A DNA stretch of 64,000 nucleotides from an uncultured Actinomycetes bacterium. Lineage in GTDB: Bacteria > Actinomycetota > Acidimicrobiia > IMCC26256 > DASPTH01. Below the pieces are notes generated by a model that saw only the letters and a program-made list of their open reading frames with translations, was not told the origin of the DNA and searched no databases. Positions 9,134 through 20,169 of this stretch are shown one piece after another. Positions within the stretch are counted from its first letter, which is position 1; each line of letters starts with the position of its first letter. The position numbers and the translations under genes were made by a program. The DNA lies in NCBI GenBank assembly GCA_963720765.1, contig CAVRGS010000013.1:342071-406070 (forward strand), read 5' to 3'.

Positions 9134-11026
9134 ATGGCCGGAGTGGCAGCCCCGGAACGAGTCGCGCCCGAGCACGCGCCGGCGCGACTCGGCTACATCC
9201 CCGCACTCGACGGGTTGCGCGCGCTCGCGGTGGTGGCGGTGCTGCTGTACCACGCCGACCAGTCGTGGATCCCGGGCGGGTTCCTCGGCGTCGACGTGTT
9301 CTTCGTGATCAGCGGCTACCTGATCACGTGCCTGCTGCTGTCCGACTACCAGCAGACGAACGGCATCGGCCTGAAGCGGTTCTGGTACCGGCGCGCCCGC
9401 CGCCTGCTGCCCGCGCTCTTCGCCATGCTCTTCGTGGTGTCGCTGTACGCGGTCCTCTTCCTCCCCGACGTGCTCGACCAGCTCCGGGGCGAGGTGATCT
9501 CTGCGCTGCTCTACGTCGAGAACTGGTTCCTCGTCTTCCGCGACCTGTCGTACTTCCAGAGCGCGGGTCGCCCGCCGCTGCTGCAGCACGTCTGGTCGCT
9601 CGCGGTGGAGGAGCAGTACTACCTGTTCTGGCCGTTGATCCTGATGCTGGTGTTGACGGTGTGGGGCAAGAGCCGCAAGGCGTTGCTCATCGGCGTGCTC
9701 GCCGGCGTCGCCATCTCGACGCTCGAGATGGCGATCCTCTACCACCCCTACACCGATCCCGTCGCGCGTGTACTACGGCACCGACACGCGCGTGGCCGCC
9801 TTGCTGCTCGGGTCCGCGCTCGCCTTCGTGTGGGCGCCGTGGCGACTCATCGGCCGCACCGGGCGCAACGCGGGCATCGTCCTCGACGCCGTCGCCGTCG
9901 TCGAGCGCAGTCGTCCTCTTCTCCATGTTCCTCAACGTCCACGACTTCGACCCGAGCCTCTACCGCGGCGGGTTCCTGCTCGTGGCGATCGTGTCGGCGC
10001 TGCTCATCGCGGCAACGGTCCATCCCGCGTCGAAGCTCGTGCCGTGGTTGCTCGGGTTCGGCGTGTTGCGCTGGATCGGGGTGCGCTCGTACGGCATCTA
10101 CCTGTGGCACTGGCCGATCTACATGGTCACCCGTCCGCACTCCGACCTCCCGCTGACCGGCCTCCCGTTGCTCGTGCTGCGGCTCACGCTCACGTTCCTC
10201 GCCGCCGCGGCGTCGTACAAGTACATCGAGGAACCGATCCGTCACGGCGCCATCGAACGCCAGTGGGCGCACTACAAGACCGCGCCGGCCGAGACGCAGC
10301 GCAAGCTGATGACCCGCTTCACGCTCGGCGCCGCCGGGCTCGTCGTCGGGCTGGTGATCATCGTCGATCGGCCTCGGCAACGGCGGCAGCGCGGCGACCC
10401 CTGCGGGATTCGGGACGCGCACCGAGGTCGTGGTGCGTCCGGGGGAGACCACCACGACCCTTCCCGGCGAGACCACCACGGCACCCACGACCGCGCCCGC
10501 CGGCGCGCCCACCACGGTGCCCGGCACTCCCGTCACCACCGTCACCGCCATCGGCGACTCGGTGATGCTCGGTGCGTACGTGCCGCTGAAGTCGACCATC
10601 GACACGATGTTCAACGCCGACGTCACGGGTGTCGACGCGGCCGAGAGCCGGCAGTTCGGCGCGGGCGTCGACCTCATCCAGTCCTACAAGGACAAGGGAC
10701 AACTCGGAGAGATCGTCATCGTGCAGCTCGGCACGAACGGGCCCATCGACCCCGGCGACTTCGACCGCATGATGGGGATCCTGGCCGACCGCAAGAAGGT
10801 GCTGCTGATCAACGCCAAGGAGCCCCGGAGCTGGGAGCAGCAGGTCAACGACACCCTCGCCGACGGGGCCAAGCGCTACAAGAACGCCGTCCTCGTCGAC
10901 TGGCACGCCTTCGGCGGGGCCCACCCGGAGTTCTTCTACGACGACCAGATCCACCTGCGGCCTGACGGGGCGGCCGCGTACGCGAACTTCGTGGCCGAGC
11001 AGGTGGCCGCGGCAGCGTCCTCCTGA
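9134..11026 (+). CDS. Acyltransferase-3 (OafA/YrhL-type) membrane O-acyltransferase with C-terminal SGNH domain, frame broken 3 times
   Basis: The pieces are:
- 9134..10156: YIPALDGLRALAVVAVLLYH...HVWSLAVEEQYYLFWP
- 9768.. frame: VYYGTDTRVAALLLGSALAF
- 9265..10965 frame: RWIGVRSYGIYLWHWPIY
- 10430..11026: AIGDSVMLGA...VQLGTNG...DQIHLRPDG
Breaks lie near 9760, 9900 and 10380, each a +1 frame step. Confidence 0.8.
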
Positions 11027-11102
11027 AGCGGCCCTGACGCGGCCCGGGACGCGGCCCTGACCCCTCCGACGGTGGGGGTCGTGTGCCAAGCTGGGAGGCC
11101 CC

Positions 11103-13258
11103 ATGCGCACCCTCTCCCGCTCGTTGATCACCGTGCTCGTCGCGATCGTCATCGGCGGTCTCGCGGTCGGTGCCTGCCTCGCAGCGCTGATCCCGGGCAC
11201 CGTCGAAGTCGCGACCGCGCACCACTACACCGCGCCGCAGGTGAAGGAGCTCAAGGCGCTCGCGCAGCCGTCGCAGATCTACTGGGCCGACGGCTCGCCG
11301 ATGGGTGACTCCCATCGGCATCCAGAACCGCCAGAACATCAGCTCGATCGACGAGGTTCCCAAGATGGTGCAGGACGCGGTGATCGCCACCGAGGACCGG
11401 TCGTTCTGGACGAACGACGGCATCGACCTCGGCGGGGTGTTCCGGGCGTTCCTCACCAACATCACGTCGGGGAAGATCGAGCAGGGCGGTTCCACCATCA
11501 CGCAGCAGCTGGTGAAGAACCGCATCCTCACGTCGAAGCGCGACGTGAACCGCAAGATCAAGGAGATCGAGGACGCGCTGCGGCTCAACGAGAAGTTCTC
11601 GAAGGAGAAGATCTTCGTCGAGTACCTGAACACGGTGTACTTCGGCTCGGGCTCGTACGGCATCAAGGCGGCGGCGTCGCGCTTCTTCTACACGTGGGAC
11701 CCGGGTTCGCCGTTGCCTCGCGGCAAGCACCTCGACGAGCTGACCGTCGGTGAAGCAGCGCTGCTCGCCGGGGTGATCTCGAACCCGACGGGGAACAACC
11801 CCTTCGCCTACCCCGACCGCGCCATCCGCCGCCGGGCCGACGTGCTTCGGGGCATGGTCGAGGCCGGCTACCTCACGCAGGCGCAGTCCGACGCCGCCAA
11901 CAACGAGCCCATCCCCACCATCGCGCCACCTGCGAGCCCGATCGTCGGCACCGACTTCCTCTCCACCGAGGTGCTGCAGGACCTGCTCAGGAACCCGGCG
12001 CTGGGCGCCACCGAGAAGGAGCGCTCCGACAAGATCCTGAAGGGCGGCCTGAAGATCTACACCACCTTCGACCGCGGCCTGCAGGACGCGGCCGTCAACG
12101 CGTCGAACACTGCGAAGCCCCAGATTCGGTCCCGACTGGGTGGCGTCGATCGTGTCGATCGACCCGAGCACGGGCGCGGTCCAGGCGATGGTGTCCGGGC
12201 AGGACTACGCGGAGGAGAAGACCAACATCGCCACCTCGTCCAACGGCCGCCAGACCGGGTCCACGTTCAAGGTGATCACGCTCGCGGCCGCACTCATGAA
12301 CGGGTACTCGCCCGAGGACACGGTCTCGGGTGACGAGCCGTGTCCGGTCCCGAGCAAATTCCCGAACGTGCCGCCCGAGCAGTGGCCCAACAACTCGGCC
12401 GACGGGGCCGAGAACGGCGATCACACGCTGGACCACTCGACCGCGCACTCGATCAACTGCGCGTTCGTCCGCATCGCCACCAGCGTCGGGTACGACAAGG
12501 TGATCGCCACCGCGCACGCAATGGGGATCACCAAGGACAACCTCGAGCCGCTGCTCAACCTCACCCTCGGGACGCGCGAGCAGAACACCGAGACCATGGC
12601 CGCGGTGATGGCGACGATCGCCAACCACGGGGTGCACCACACGCCCTTCGTGGTGCAGAAGGTCGTCGCGGCCGACGGCAAGGTCGTGATCGACGAGTCC
12701 ACCAATCCGGGTGAGCAGGCGCTCACCAGCGATGTGGCCGATTGCGAGGCGAACCTCCTCACCCACGTGGTCACCGGCGGTACCGGCGGCAATGCCGCGG
12801 TGGCCGGCCAGACGATCTTCGGCAAGACCGGTACCACCGACCACACGACCGACGCGTGGTTCATCGGTGCCAACGCTCCCGGATCGAGCCGGCAGCTCGC
12901 CACCGCGGTCTGGTTCGGCAACCGCACCGGCAACATCGGCGGGGCCGGATTCGGCGGCGACTCCGCGGCGCCGGTCTTCGCCGCGTTCATGTCGGCCGCG
13001 CTCGCCGGTGAGAGTCCCGGCGCGATGCCCGATCCCGGTCCGGTGTGCGCCCGGCCCGGCGGCGTGGTCAACCAGGACGGTGGCCGCAACAACGCACCGA
13101 TCGCGCCGGTCAACCCGGCCCCGCAGCAGTTGCCTACTGTGCAGCAGCAGCCGACGGTGCAGACGACGCCGGCGGTGACCGCACCGGCCGCACCGGCCGC
13201 ACCGGCCACACCCAACACCCCCGCCGCGGGCGGTGGCCCGCGACAGAACGGAAACTAG
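11103..13258 (+). CDS. Class A penicillin-binding protein (transglycosylase + transpeptidase), frame broken twice
   Basis: The pieces are:
- 11103..: TM anchor
- 11305..12333: GT51 motifs ATEDRSFWTNDGID, GGSTITQQ
- 12140..13258: transpeptidase motifs STFK, SIN, KTGT
Deleting one G of the GGG at 11303-11305 and one C of the CCC at 12131-12133 restores ..ADGSPMVTPIGIQNR.. and ..QIRSDWVASIVSIDP... Confidence 0.85.
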
Positions 13259-13976
13259 TGACGAGCGAGCTCGACGTCCTCCTGACCCTCCAGGAGCACG
13301 ACACCACCCTCGAGCGACTGCTCCACCGTCACCACACACTTCCCGAGCGCGACGCACTGCGCGACGCCGAAGCCACTGCGGCCGCGCTCGACGCGCGGCT
13401 CGTCACGACCCGCGGTGAACGCGACAAGGTCGCACGCGAGGAGCAACAGCTCGACGACGAAGCCCGCTCGCTGGCCGACAAGGCCACAGAGGTCGAAGGT
13501 CGCATGTACTCCGGCGAGATCAGCTCGCCGAAGGAACTGCAGGCCATGCAGGCCGACGTCGAGCAGCTGCGCAGGCACCAGCGCACGATCGAGAACCGCG
13601 AGCTCGAGCTCATGGAGGTGCGCGAGCCGCTCGACGCCACCGTCGCCGACCTCGAGCAGCAGCGCGCCGCGGTGGGCACCGACGTCGACCGACACGCGGC
13701 CGCGCTCGGCGCCGCCGAGGCCGAGATCATCGCCGAGATGCAGACCGAGCGAGCCACCCGCGACGAGCTCGCCGCCGGGATCGACGCCGGCGCTGGTGAA
13801 GGAGTACGAGCGCTGCCGCGCGCTGGCCAAGGGCGCCGGCGTCGCTCGCCTCGTCGGCACCACGTGCCAGGGCTGTCACCTGTCGATCCCCGCCGTCGAG
13901 GCGGAGCAGATCAAGCGCACGGAGCGGTCAGCCGTTGGCGCACTGCGACAACTGCGGCGCGATCCTGGTTCCCTGA
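13258..13976 (+). CDS. Coiled-coil / C4 zinc-ribbon protein (DUF164, Rv2229c-like), frame broken twice
   Basis: The GTG at 13258 overlaps the PBP stop (taGTG). The product has a long coiled coil, then ..LVGTTCQGCHLSIP.. in the next frame, and ..CDNCGAILVP* in the third frame. Breaks lie near 13790 and 13930. Confidence 0.7.
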
Positions 13977-14389
13977 TGCTCGACGAGGTGGTCGTCTACT
14001 TCGACGGCGGCGCGCGCGGCAACCCGGGTCCTGCCGCGATCGGCGCGGTCGTCGTCGACCCGTCGAGCGCGCCGCCGGCCCGTCTCGCCGCGGTGAGCGA
14101 GCGCATCGGCGAGACCACCAACAACGTCGCCGAGTACCGGGCGCTGATCGCGGGACTCGAAGCCGCGGCCTCGACGCCGTCGCGGACGGTGAAGGTGCGC
14201 GGAGACTCCAAGCTCGTGATCGAACAGGTCGCCGGTCGCTGGAAGGTGAAGCAGCCGCACCTCCGTCCGTTGGTCGAGCGGGTGCGCGAGCTCCTCGCCG
14301 GCTACGAGAACGTCGACCTCGGTCACGTGCGTCGCGAGCTCAACGCCGACGCCGACGCGCTGGTGAACGCCGCGCTCGACCTGCCCTGA
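13976..14389 (+). CDS. RNase H family protein (Rv2228c N-terminal-domain-like)
   Basis: The ATG at 13976 overlaps the upstream TGA. The translation is MLDEVVVYFDGGARGNPGPAAIGAVV...TNNVAEYRALIAGLEAA...GDSKLVIEQV...VRRELNADADALVN. No phosphatase domain follows. Confidence 0.8.
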   Translation: MLDEVVVYFDGGARGNPGPAAIGAVVVDPSSAPPARLAAVSERIGETTNNVAEYRALIAGLEAAASTPSRTVKVRGDSKLVIEQVAGRWKVKQPHLRPLVERVRELLAGYENVDLGHVRRELNADADALVNAALDLP

Positions 14390-14393
14390 GCCG

Positions 14394-14880
14394 ATGTTCT
14401 TCTGGTACATCGGCCTGTCGGTGTTCGGTGTCGCCACCATCTTCCGCAGCGTCGGCGTCGACTACCGCCTGATCGCGGTCGGGTCACTGCTGCCGCTGGT
14501 CCTCGACCTCGGGTTCGGGTACCGCGCCTACGGCTACACGTTGCTGTTCGCGGTGGCGCTGCTGGTGATCGTGATGGTGGGCACGATCGGCCGGCCCCGC
14601 CTCCTGCGTCGCCGTTGGCTGTGCCTGCCCATCGGCGTGTTCTGCGGGCTGATCCTGTCGGGCGCGTTCGCCAACACCGAGCTGTTCTGGTGGCCGTTCC
14701 TCGGCGGCGACTTCATCCACGACGCGCTGCTGCCCACCTGGTGGGTCGTGGTGATCGAGGAGTTCGTCGGGCTCTTCGTGTGCTGGGTGGTCGTCGGTCA
14801 GTACGACCTCTACCTCCCCGGCCCACACGCCGAAGTTCTTCCGCACCGGCCGCCTCACGATGGGAACACCTCGAGGTTGA
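14394..14880 (+). CDS. Polytopic membrane protein, unknown function; 3-prime end needs one frame correction
   Basis: Hydrophobic product MFFWYIGLSVFGVATIF... with about 5 TM segments. The literal ORF runs to 15833, antisense to bioB. The +1 frame gives ..KFFRTGRLTMGTPRG* and stops at 14878-14880 inside the terminator hairpin. Confidence 0.6.
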
Positions 14881-14907
14881 CGTGCGCCGACGCACGCGAA
14901 CCTCGAG
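14870..14907. terminator. Stem-loop between convergent genes (candidate bidirectional terminator)
   Basis: CTCGAGGTT-GA-CGTGCG-CCGA-CGCACG-CG-AACCTCGAG gives 9+6 bp of pairing. It lies between the membrane-protein stop and the bioB stop (14931). No U-tract. Confidence 0.5.
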
Positions 14908-14930
14908 ATGCTCGTGGCGTCGAGCGGCGG

Positions 14931-16011
14931 CTACTCGGCGCGGACGGGGATGCCGACGCGCACGGGCTTCGGTGTCTGGGCGGGTCGGGCGTGCGCGCCG
15001 TGGGAGTCGATCACGAAGCGACCTTCGCCGGGGCCGTCGGCGACGGGCATGCCGAGCGCCTCGAGCAGTGCGTGGTCTTCCTCGGGAGGGCGGCCGGTCG
15101 ACGTGAGGTAGTTGCCGACGATCAGCGCGTTGGCGCCCGCGAGCAGCCCCATCGCCTGCAGCTCGCCGAGCACGTACTCGCGACCGCCGGCGAGGCGGAG
15201 CCATGCGCTCGGCAGCACGAGGCGGAAGAGTGCAATCGCCTGCAGCGCCTCCCGCGGGGAGATCATGCGCTGGTCGCCGAGCGGCGTGCCGGTGGGGGGG
15301 AGGAAGTTGATCGGCACCTCGCACGGTTCGAGGTCGGCGAGCTCGAACGCGAAGTCGACGCGCTGCTCGAGGGTCTCGCCCATGCCGAGGATGCCGCCGC
15401 AGCACAGCTCCATGCCGGCGTCGATGGCGAGCTTGGCGGTCTCCACCCGGTCGTCGTAGGTGTGCGTGCTGACGATCGACGGGAACAGCGCTCGCGGCGC
15501 CTCGAGGTTGTGGTTGTAGCGCTTGACGCCCGCCGCAGCGAGGCGTTCGGCCTGCTCCGGGGTGAGGAGCCCGAGCGAGCACGCCACCTCGAGGCCCGTC
15601 TCGCGCTGCACCGCGTCGACCGCTTCGATGACCCGGGTCAGCATGCGCTCCGACGGGCCGCGCACCGCGACCACGATGCAGAACTGCGTGGCACCGGCCT
15701 CGCGCGGTCGCGTGCGCGGCCTCGAGCACCTCGTCGAGCTGGAGGAGCGGGTACACGTCGACGTCGGTGGAGTAGCGCGCCGACTGCGAGCAGAACGCGC
15801 AGTCTTCGGGGCAGGCCCCCGACTTGGCGTTGATGAGGCTCTCGAGCTCGACCTCGGCGCCGCAGTACGCGAGGCGCACGCGGTGCGCGACGGCGACGAG
15901 GTCGGGGAGCTCGTCGAGGGGGACCGCCGCCACTGCGAGGACTTCGTCGCGCGTGAGCGGGCGGCGTTCCTCGAGCAGCGCGGTCTCGGCGACCAGGAGG
16001 GCGTCGTGCAT
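14931..16011 (-). CDS. bioB: Biotin synthase, frame broken once (~15695)
   Basis: The N-terminal piece (frame of 14713..16272) starts at the ATG at 16011 and contains the radical-SAM motif CPEDCAFC. The C-terminal piece is 14931..15674 (VAVRGP...YNHNLE...CCGGILGMGE...). Removing one base in CCGGCC (15694-15699) gives ..ATARGGATQFCIVVAVRGP... Confidence 0.85.
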
Positions 16012-16080
16012 GGCCGAGAACTCTAGGGCCGCACACCGTTGTCTCCGGTACTTGAGGGCCGGTCGTACCAAGGTGGCCTG

Positions 16081-16178
16081 AGCGAGCGAACCATCGAGCC
16101 GGCGAGCGAACCATCGAGCCGGCGAGCGAACCATCGAGCCGGCGAGCGAACCATCGAGCCGGCGAGCGAACCATCGAG
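16081..16178. repeat. Perfect head-to-tail tandem repeat, 20-bp unit GGCGAGCGAACCATCGAGCC, about 4.9 copies
   Basis: Read directly from the sequence. Copies start at 16081 (begins AG), 16101, 16121 and 16141, with a truncated copy at 16161-16178. It is intergenic, between the bioB start (16011, minus) and the murJ start (16306, plus). Confidence 0.95.
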
Positions 16179-16305
16179 AAGGAGCGCCCACCCGCCGCCA
16201 GACGTCCCGTCCCCCCAGCAGGGTCGACGGCGGCCGGGTGGGCGACCGGCCGCCAGCATGCCCGCTCGCCACCGGAAAACGCGCGCGCCCCCGTAGGCTT
16301 GCCCG

Positions 16306-17912
16306 TTGGTGGTGGCGAGCGAGGATCGACCGACGCGGGCCGCGGCGCGCATGAGCGTCGCCACGCTCGCGTCCCGCGGGGTCGGCTTCGTCAAGGTCTG
16401 GGTGATCGCCGCCGTCCTCGGCGCCACCTATCTGGGCAACACCTACCAGGCATCCAGCTCGGTCTCCAACATCCTCTTCGAGCTGATCGCGGCCGGCGCG
16501 CTCTCGGCCGTCCTGGTTCCCACCTTCGTCGACCTGTTCCGCGCGGGTGACGACGGGGAGGCCGAACGGCTGGCGTCAGGCGTGCTGGGCATGGCCCTGG
16601 CGATCATGGCCGTGGTCTCGATCATCGGCGTGGTGTTCGCCGTGCCCATCGCTCGAATCCTCTCGAGCAGCGCCCCGAACGCCCAGATCGAGTCGCAGCA
16701 GGTGGCGCTCTCGGCGTTCTTCCTCCGCTTCTTCGTGCCCCAGGTGCTGCTCTACGCCGTGGGCACGGTGGCGACGGCGGTGCTCTTCGCCAAGCGCCGC
16801 TTCGTGATCGTGGCGGTGGCGCCGATCGCCAACGCCGTCATCCTCGTCGCCACGATGGCGATCTTCCACGCGCTGCACGGCCCGAACCCGGGCCTCGACC
16901 TCACCACGGCCGAGAAGCTCGTGCTCGCCATCGGCGGCACGCTCGGCGTCGTCGGCTTCGTCGCGGTGCCGACGGTGGCACTCGTGCGCAGCGGTTTCCG
17001 CCTGCGCGCGACGCTCGGCGCGGTCGACCGCAAGCTCCGACGGCTGCTCTTCCTCTCGGCGTGGGTCGCACTGCAGCCGGATGTCGCGGTGCTGCTCGGC
17101 GCGGCCCTGGTGATGGGCAACCAGGTCGCCGGCGGTGTGGTCGCGTACCAGTTCTGCTTCGTCGCGTTCCTCGCGCCCTACGCGATCCTGGCGCAGCCGA
17201 TCCACACGACGATCCTCCCCGAGCTCACCCACGACGTCGCGACCGACGACATGCCGGCGTTCGCCGGTCGACTGCGTTGGGGCCTCGACGGCATGTCGCG
17301 TCTCCTGCTCCCGGTCAGCGCGGCGTACGTCGCGCTCGGCGCTCCCGGTGATGCGGGTGCTCGCGGTCGGCAACAGCCGTCACGAAGCCGACCTCTTCGC
17401 CGCCGCGCTCGCGTCGCTCGGCATCGGCCTCTTCACGTACGGCACGTTCCTCTTCTTCGCTCGTGCGATGTACGCGCTCGGCGACAGCCGCACGCCCGCG
17501 ATCATCGCCGGGGTCGAGCGCGCTCGTCGGTGCCGGGGTGATGATCGCGGGAGGCCTGGCGTTCGAGAGCGACACCGCCAAGGTCGCCGCCCTCGGCCTC
17601 GGACACAGCGCGGCGTACTTCCTGGGCACGATCGCCCTCGGTGTGGTGTTGCGCAAACGGGTGGGTCACGGGTTCTTCCCACACGCGTTCTTGCCCTCGC
17701 TGGCAGCGTCAGCTGCGCTCGGGGGCCTGGCGTGGTTGGTGGAGCACCTCGTGGGCCCGAGCGGTCGGTTGGCGAACATCCTGCTGCTCGTGGGGATCGG
17801 TGTGCTCGGGCTCGGCCTCTACCTGCTGCTGCTGCGCATGCTGCCCAAGCGCGGCGACCGCCTCGAGCAGGCGTTCGAACCCATCGATCCCGATCTCGCG
17901 GTCGAACCGTGA
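16306..17912 (+). CDS. murJ: Lipid II flippase MurJ/MviN, frame broken twice
   Basis: The pieces are:
- 16306..17541: SRGVGFVKVWVIAAVLG...YQASSSVSNILFELIAAGALSAVLVP
- 17135.. frame: VMRVLAVGNSRHEADL...ARAMYALGDSRTP
- 17463..17912
Deleting one C of the CCC at 17344-17346 restores ..LGAPVMRVLAVG... Confidence 0.8.
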
Positions 17913-20169
17913 CCCGGCGAGTCGTCGCCGCCATCGCGCTCGCGGTGCTCGCCCAGTTCCTGGTGCCCGCGGTGGCTGGCGCGCAAGCGGCCGGCACCAC
18001 GGCGGTGAAGCGCGTGCTCGTGATCTCGCTGCCCGCCACGTCGTGGGGCGACGTGCAGGCGGGTGACGACCCGAACCTCCAGCAGCTCTTCGCGCAGTCG
18101 GCGGTCGCCGACATGATCACCCGCACCGCGGGCCGCAAGAGCTCGATCACGGCGGGCTACACCGCGCTCGGTGCCGGTGGGCGCGCGTCGGCCAGCACCT
18201 TGCTCGCCGGTCAGGCGTTCGAGACCAGCGAGGCCTACGGCGACAGCACCGCCGGCGCGGTCTACCGGCAGCGCACCGGCGTCGAGGCCACGGGCGGCAT
18301 CGTGCACCTGGGGGTCGAGGCGTTGATCAGCGAGAACGCCGACGGCCTCTACAACCCGACCATCGGTGCGCTCGGCGACACGCTCGAACAGGCCAAGGTG
18401 CCACGTGCGGTCGTCGCCAACGGTGACGGCGCGCAGCCCGTGGTGGACGATCCGCTGCAGCCCTACCAACGGGCCGCGGTCAACGCGCTGATGGACAGCA
18501 AGGGCCGTGTTCCGTCGGGCAGCGTGAGCGACGACCTGCTCGAGCCCGATCCGCACGCGCCGTTCGGTCTGCGCACCGACAACGACGCCGCGTACCGCGC
18601 GTTCTCCGAAGCGTGGCAGCAAGGCGGTGTCGTCCTCGTCGAGGGCTCCGACCTGCTGCGAGCCGACCTCTACACCGACTTCCTCACCGACCGCCAGGCC
18701 CGGGCGCAGAAGCGCGCTGCGCTCCACCGCGTCGACGAGCTCGTCGGGCGCATGCTCGCCGATGTCGATCCCGCGCACGACGCGGTGTTCGTGGTGAGCC
18801 CGGCGTCGCCCCGTCGAGGTTCGGGGCTCGCGGTCACCGGCATCCGAGCGCCGGGCGATCGAGCCCGAGTTCCTCCGGTCCGCCACCAGCCGGCGCAATG
18901 GGTTCGTGTACGTCATCGACATCGCCCCCACCATCCTCGATCTGCTCGGCATCGACGTGCCGAAGGTGATGGAGGGTCGCGCCATGGAGGTGGTGAACGG
19001 ACCGCCGCGTGACCAGCGCGTCACCACGCTCGTGCACGCCAACGAAGACGCGGTGTTCCGCGACTCCAAGGTCGCGCTCGCCAACAACATCGCGATCGCG
19101 CTCGCAGTCGTGCTCGCGCTCGACGGCCTCGTTGGTCGCGTGGCGCCGTCGCCGCGGTGAGGGGATGGTGCGCTTCTTCGCCCTGGCCGTGCTCGGGTTC
19201 CTGTTCGCCACGTACGCGGCGGAACCGCTGCACTTCGGGCGCAGCGACAACTCGGCCGCGTACCTCGGCTTCCTCGTGGTGGTCGCAGTCGTGTTCGCCG
19301 GCGTGTGCCGCCTGCTCGGCGGCCGGCACCCGTACCGTCCGCTCGCGATCGCGCTCGCGATCACCGTCGTCGGTGCACGTCGTCGACCTGCTCGCGGGCG
19401 CGCGCCTCGAGCTCAACTCCGTGTTCGGCTACTCGGCCACCGTCGGCATCCGAGTCTCCGGTCAGGGCAACATCACGTTCTCGCAGCTCACCGCGGCCGT
19501 GCTGCTGCTCGGGTGGCCTCGCAGTGTGGCGACGGCCCGGGCGCGTCACCGTGTTCGCGGTCATCGCCATGCTCGCGTGCACGCTGTTCGTCATGGCCGC
19601 GCCTCCGTTCGGCGGTGACTTCGGCGCCGCCATCGCCGGTGCCCCGGGCTTCGGCCTGTTCGTGTGGCTGTTGCTCGGCAAGACCATCCGCCTCCGCACC
19701 GTGGCCATCCTCGGTGTCGTGCTCGTGGTCGCCGGGTTCGTCGTCGGGTTCGCCGACTACCTGCGCCCGCGCGACCAGCAGACGCACGTCGGCCGCTTCT
19801 TCGACGAGTTGCTCAACGGGGCGTCGGGCGACTCGTTCCTCACCATCCGGCGCAAGCTCGACGCCAACCTGGCGTCGTTCGGCGGCACCAAGCTGCTGTG
19901 GATCATGCCCGTGGTCGCGCTGCTGGTCTGGTACCTGTGGCGCGTGCGCGGGCGGGCGCATCCGTTCGCTGTACCGATCGGTGCCGGTCATCCGCCAGAC
20001 GGTGCTCGCGCTCGGGGTCGTGGCGCTGCTCGGCTACGCGCTCAACGACTCCGGCGTCGCCATCCCCGCGGTGATGGCGCTCGTGTTCGAGTGCGCCGCT
20101 CGTGTTCGTCGCGCTCACTCCCAACACCGGTTTCGGCGTCAGAGTGGCGCGATCATCCGCCCCGGTTGA
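17909..20169 (+). CDS. Large membrane protein: N-terminal exported alkaline-phosphatase/sulfatase-like domain + polytopic C-terminal domain (Rv3909-like position after murJ), frame broken at least 5 times
   Basis: The GTG at 17909 overlaps the murJ stop (GTGA). It has a signal/TM segment VAAIALAVLAQFLVPAVAGAQA and the motif NGFVYVIDIAPTILDLLGIDVP. The TM-rich pieces step through frames 18906, 19009, 19157, 19305 and 19009 again, each a +1 step. The 3-prime end is uncertain. Confidence 0.6.

Noticed and set aside
8294-9745. N-terminal 480 aa of the 730-aa ORF 7553..9745(-), which would make a giant hydrolase fusion.
   Set aside because: Only the last 246 aa (from the ATG at 8293, with an upstream GAGGAGGG) look like a protein. 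The rest is run-on in a different frame through the same-strand SDR gene (8301..9102) and antisense through the acyltransferase gene.
14881-15833. Continuation of ORF 14394..15833(+) as a 479-aa protein.
   Set aside because: Beyond about 14830 the translation becomes Arg/Ala/Gly-rich and is antisense to bioB, which has radical-SAM and BioB motifs. A one-base frame correction gives a natural stop at 14878-14880 inside a terminator hairpin.
16081-16178. Possibility that the 20-bp repeat array is a CRISPR array or a coding repeat.
   Set aside because: The units abut with no spacers. The 20-bp unit is shorter than CRISPR repeats and no cas genes are present. The period is not a multiple of 3, so a peptide repeat would change every unit, and flanking ORFs such as 16023..16427(-) are junk.
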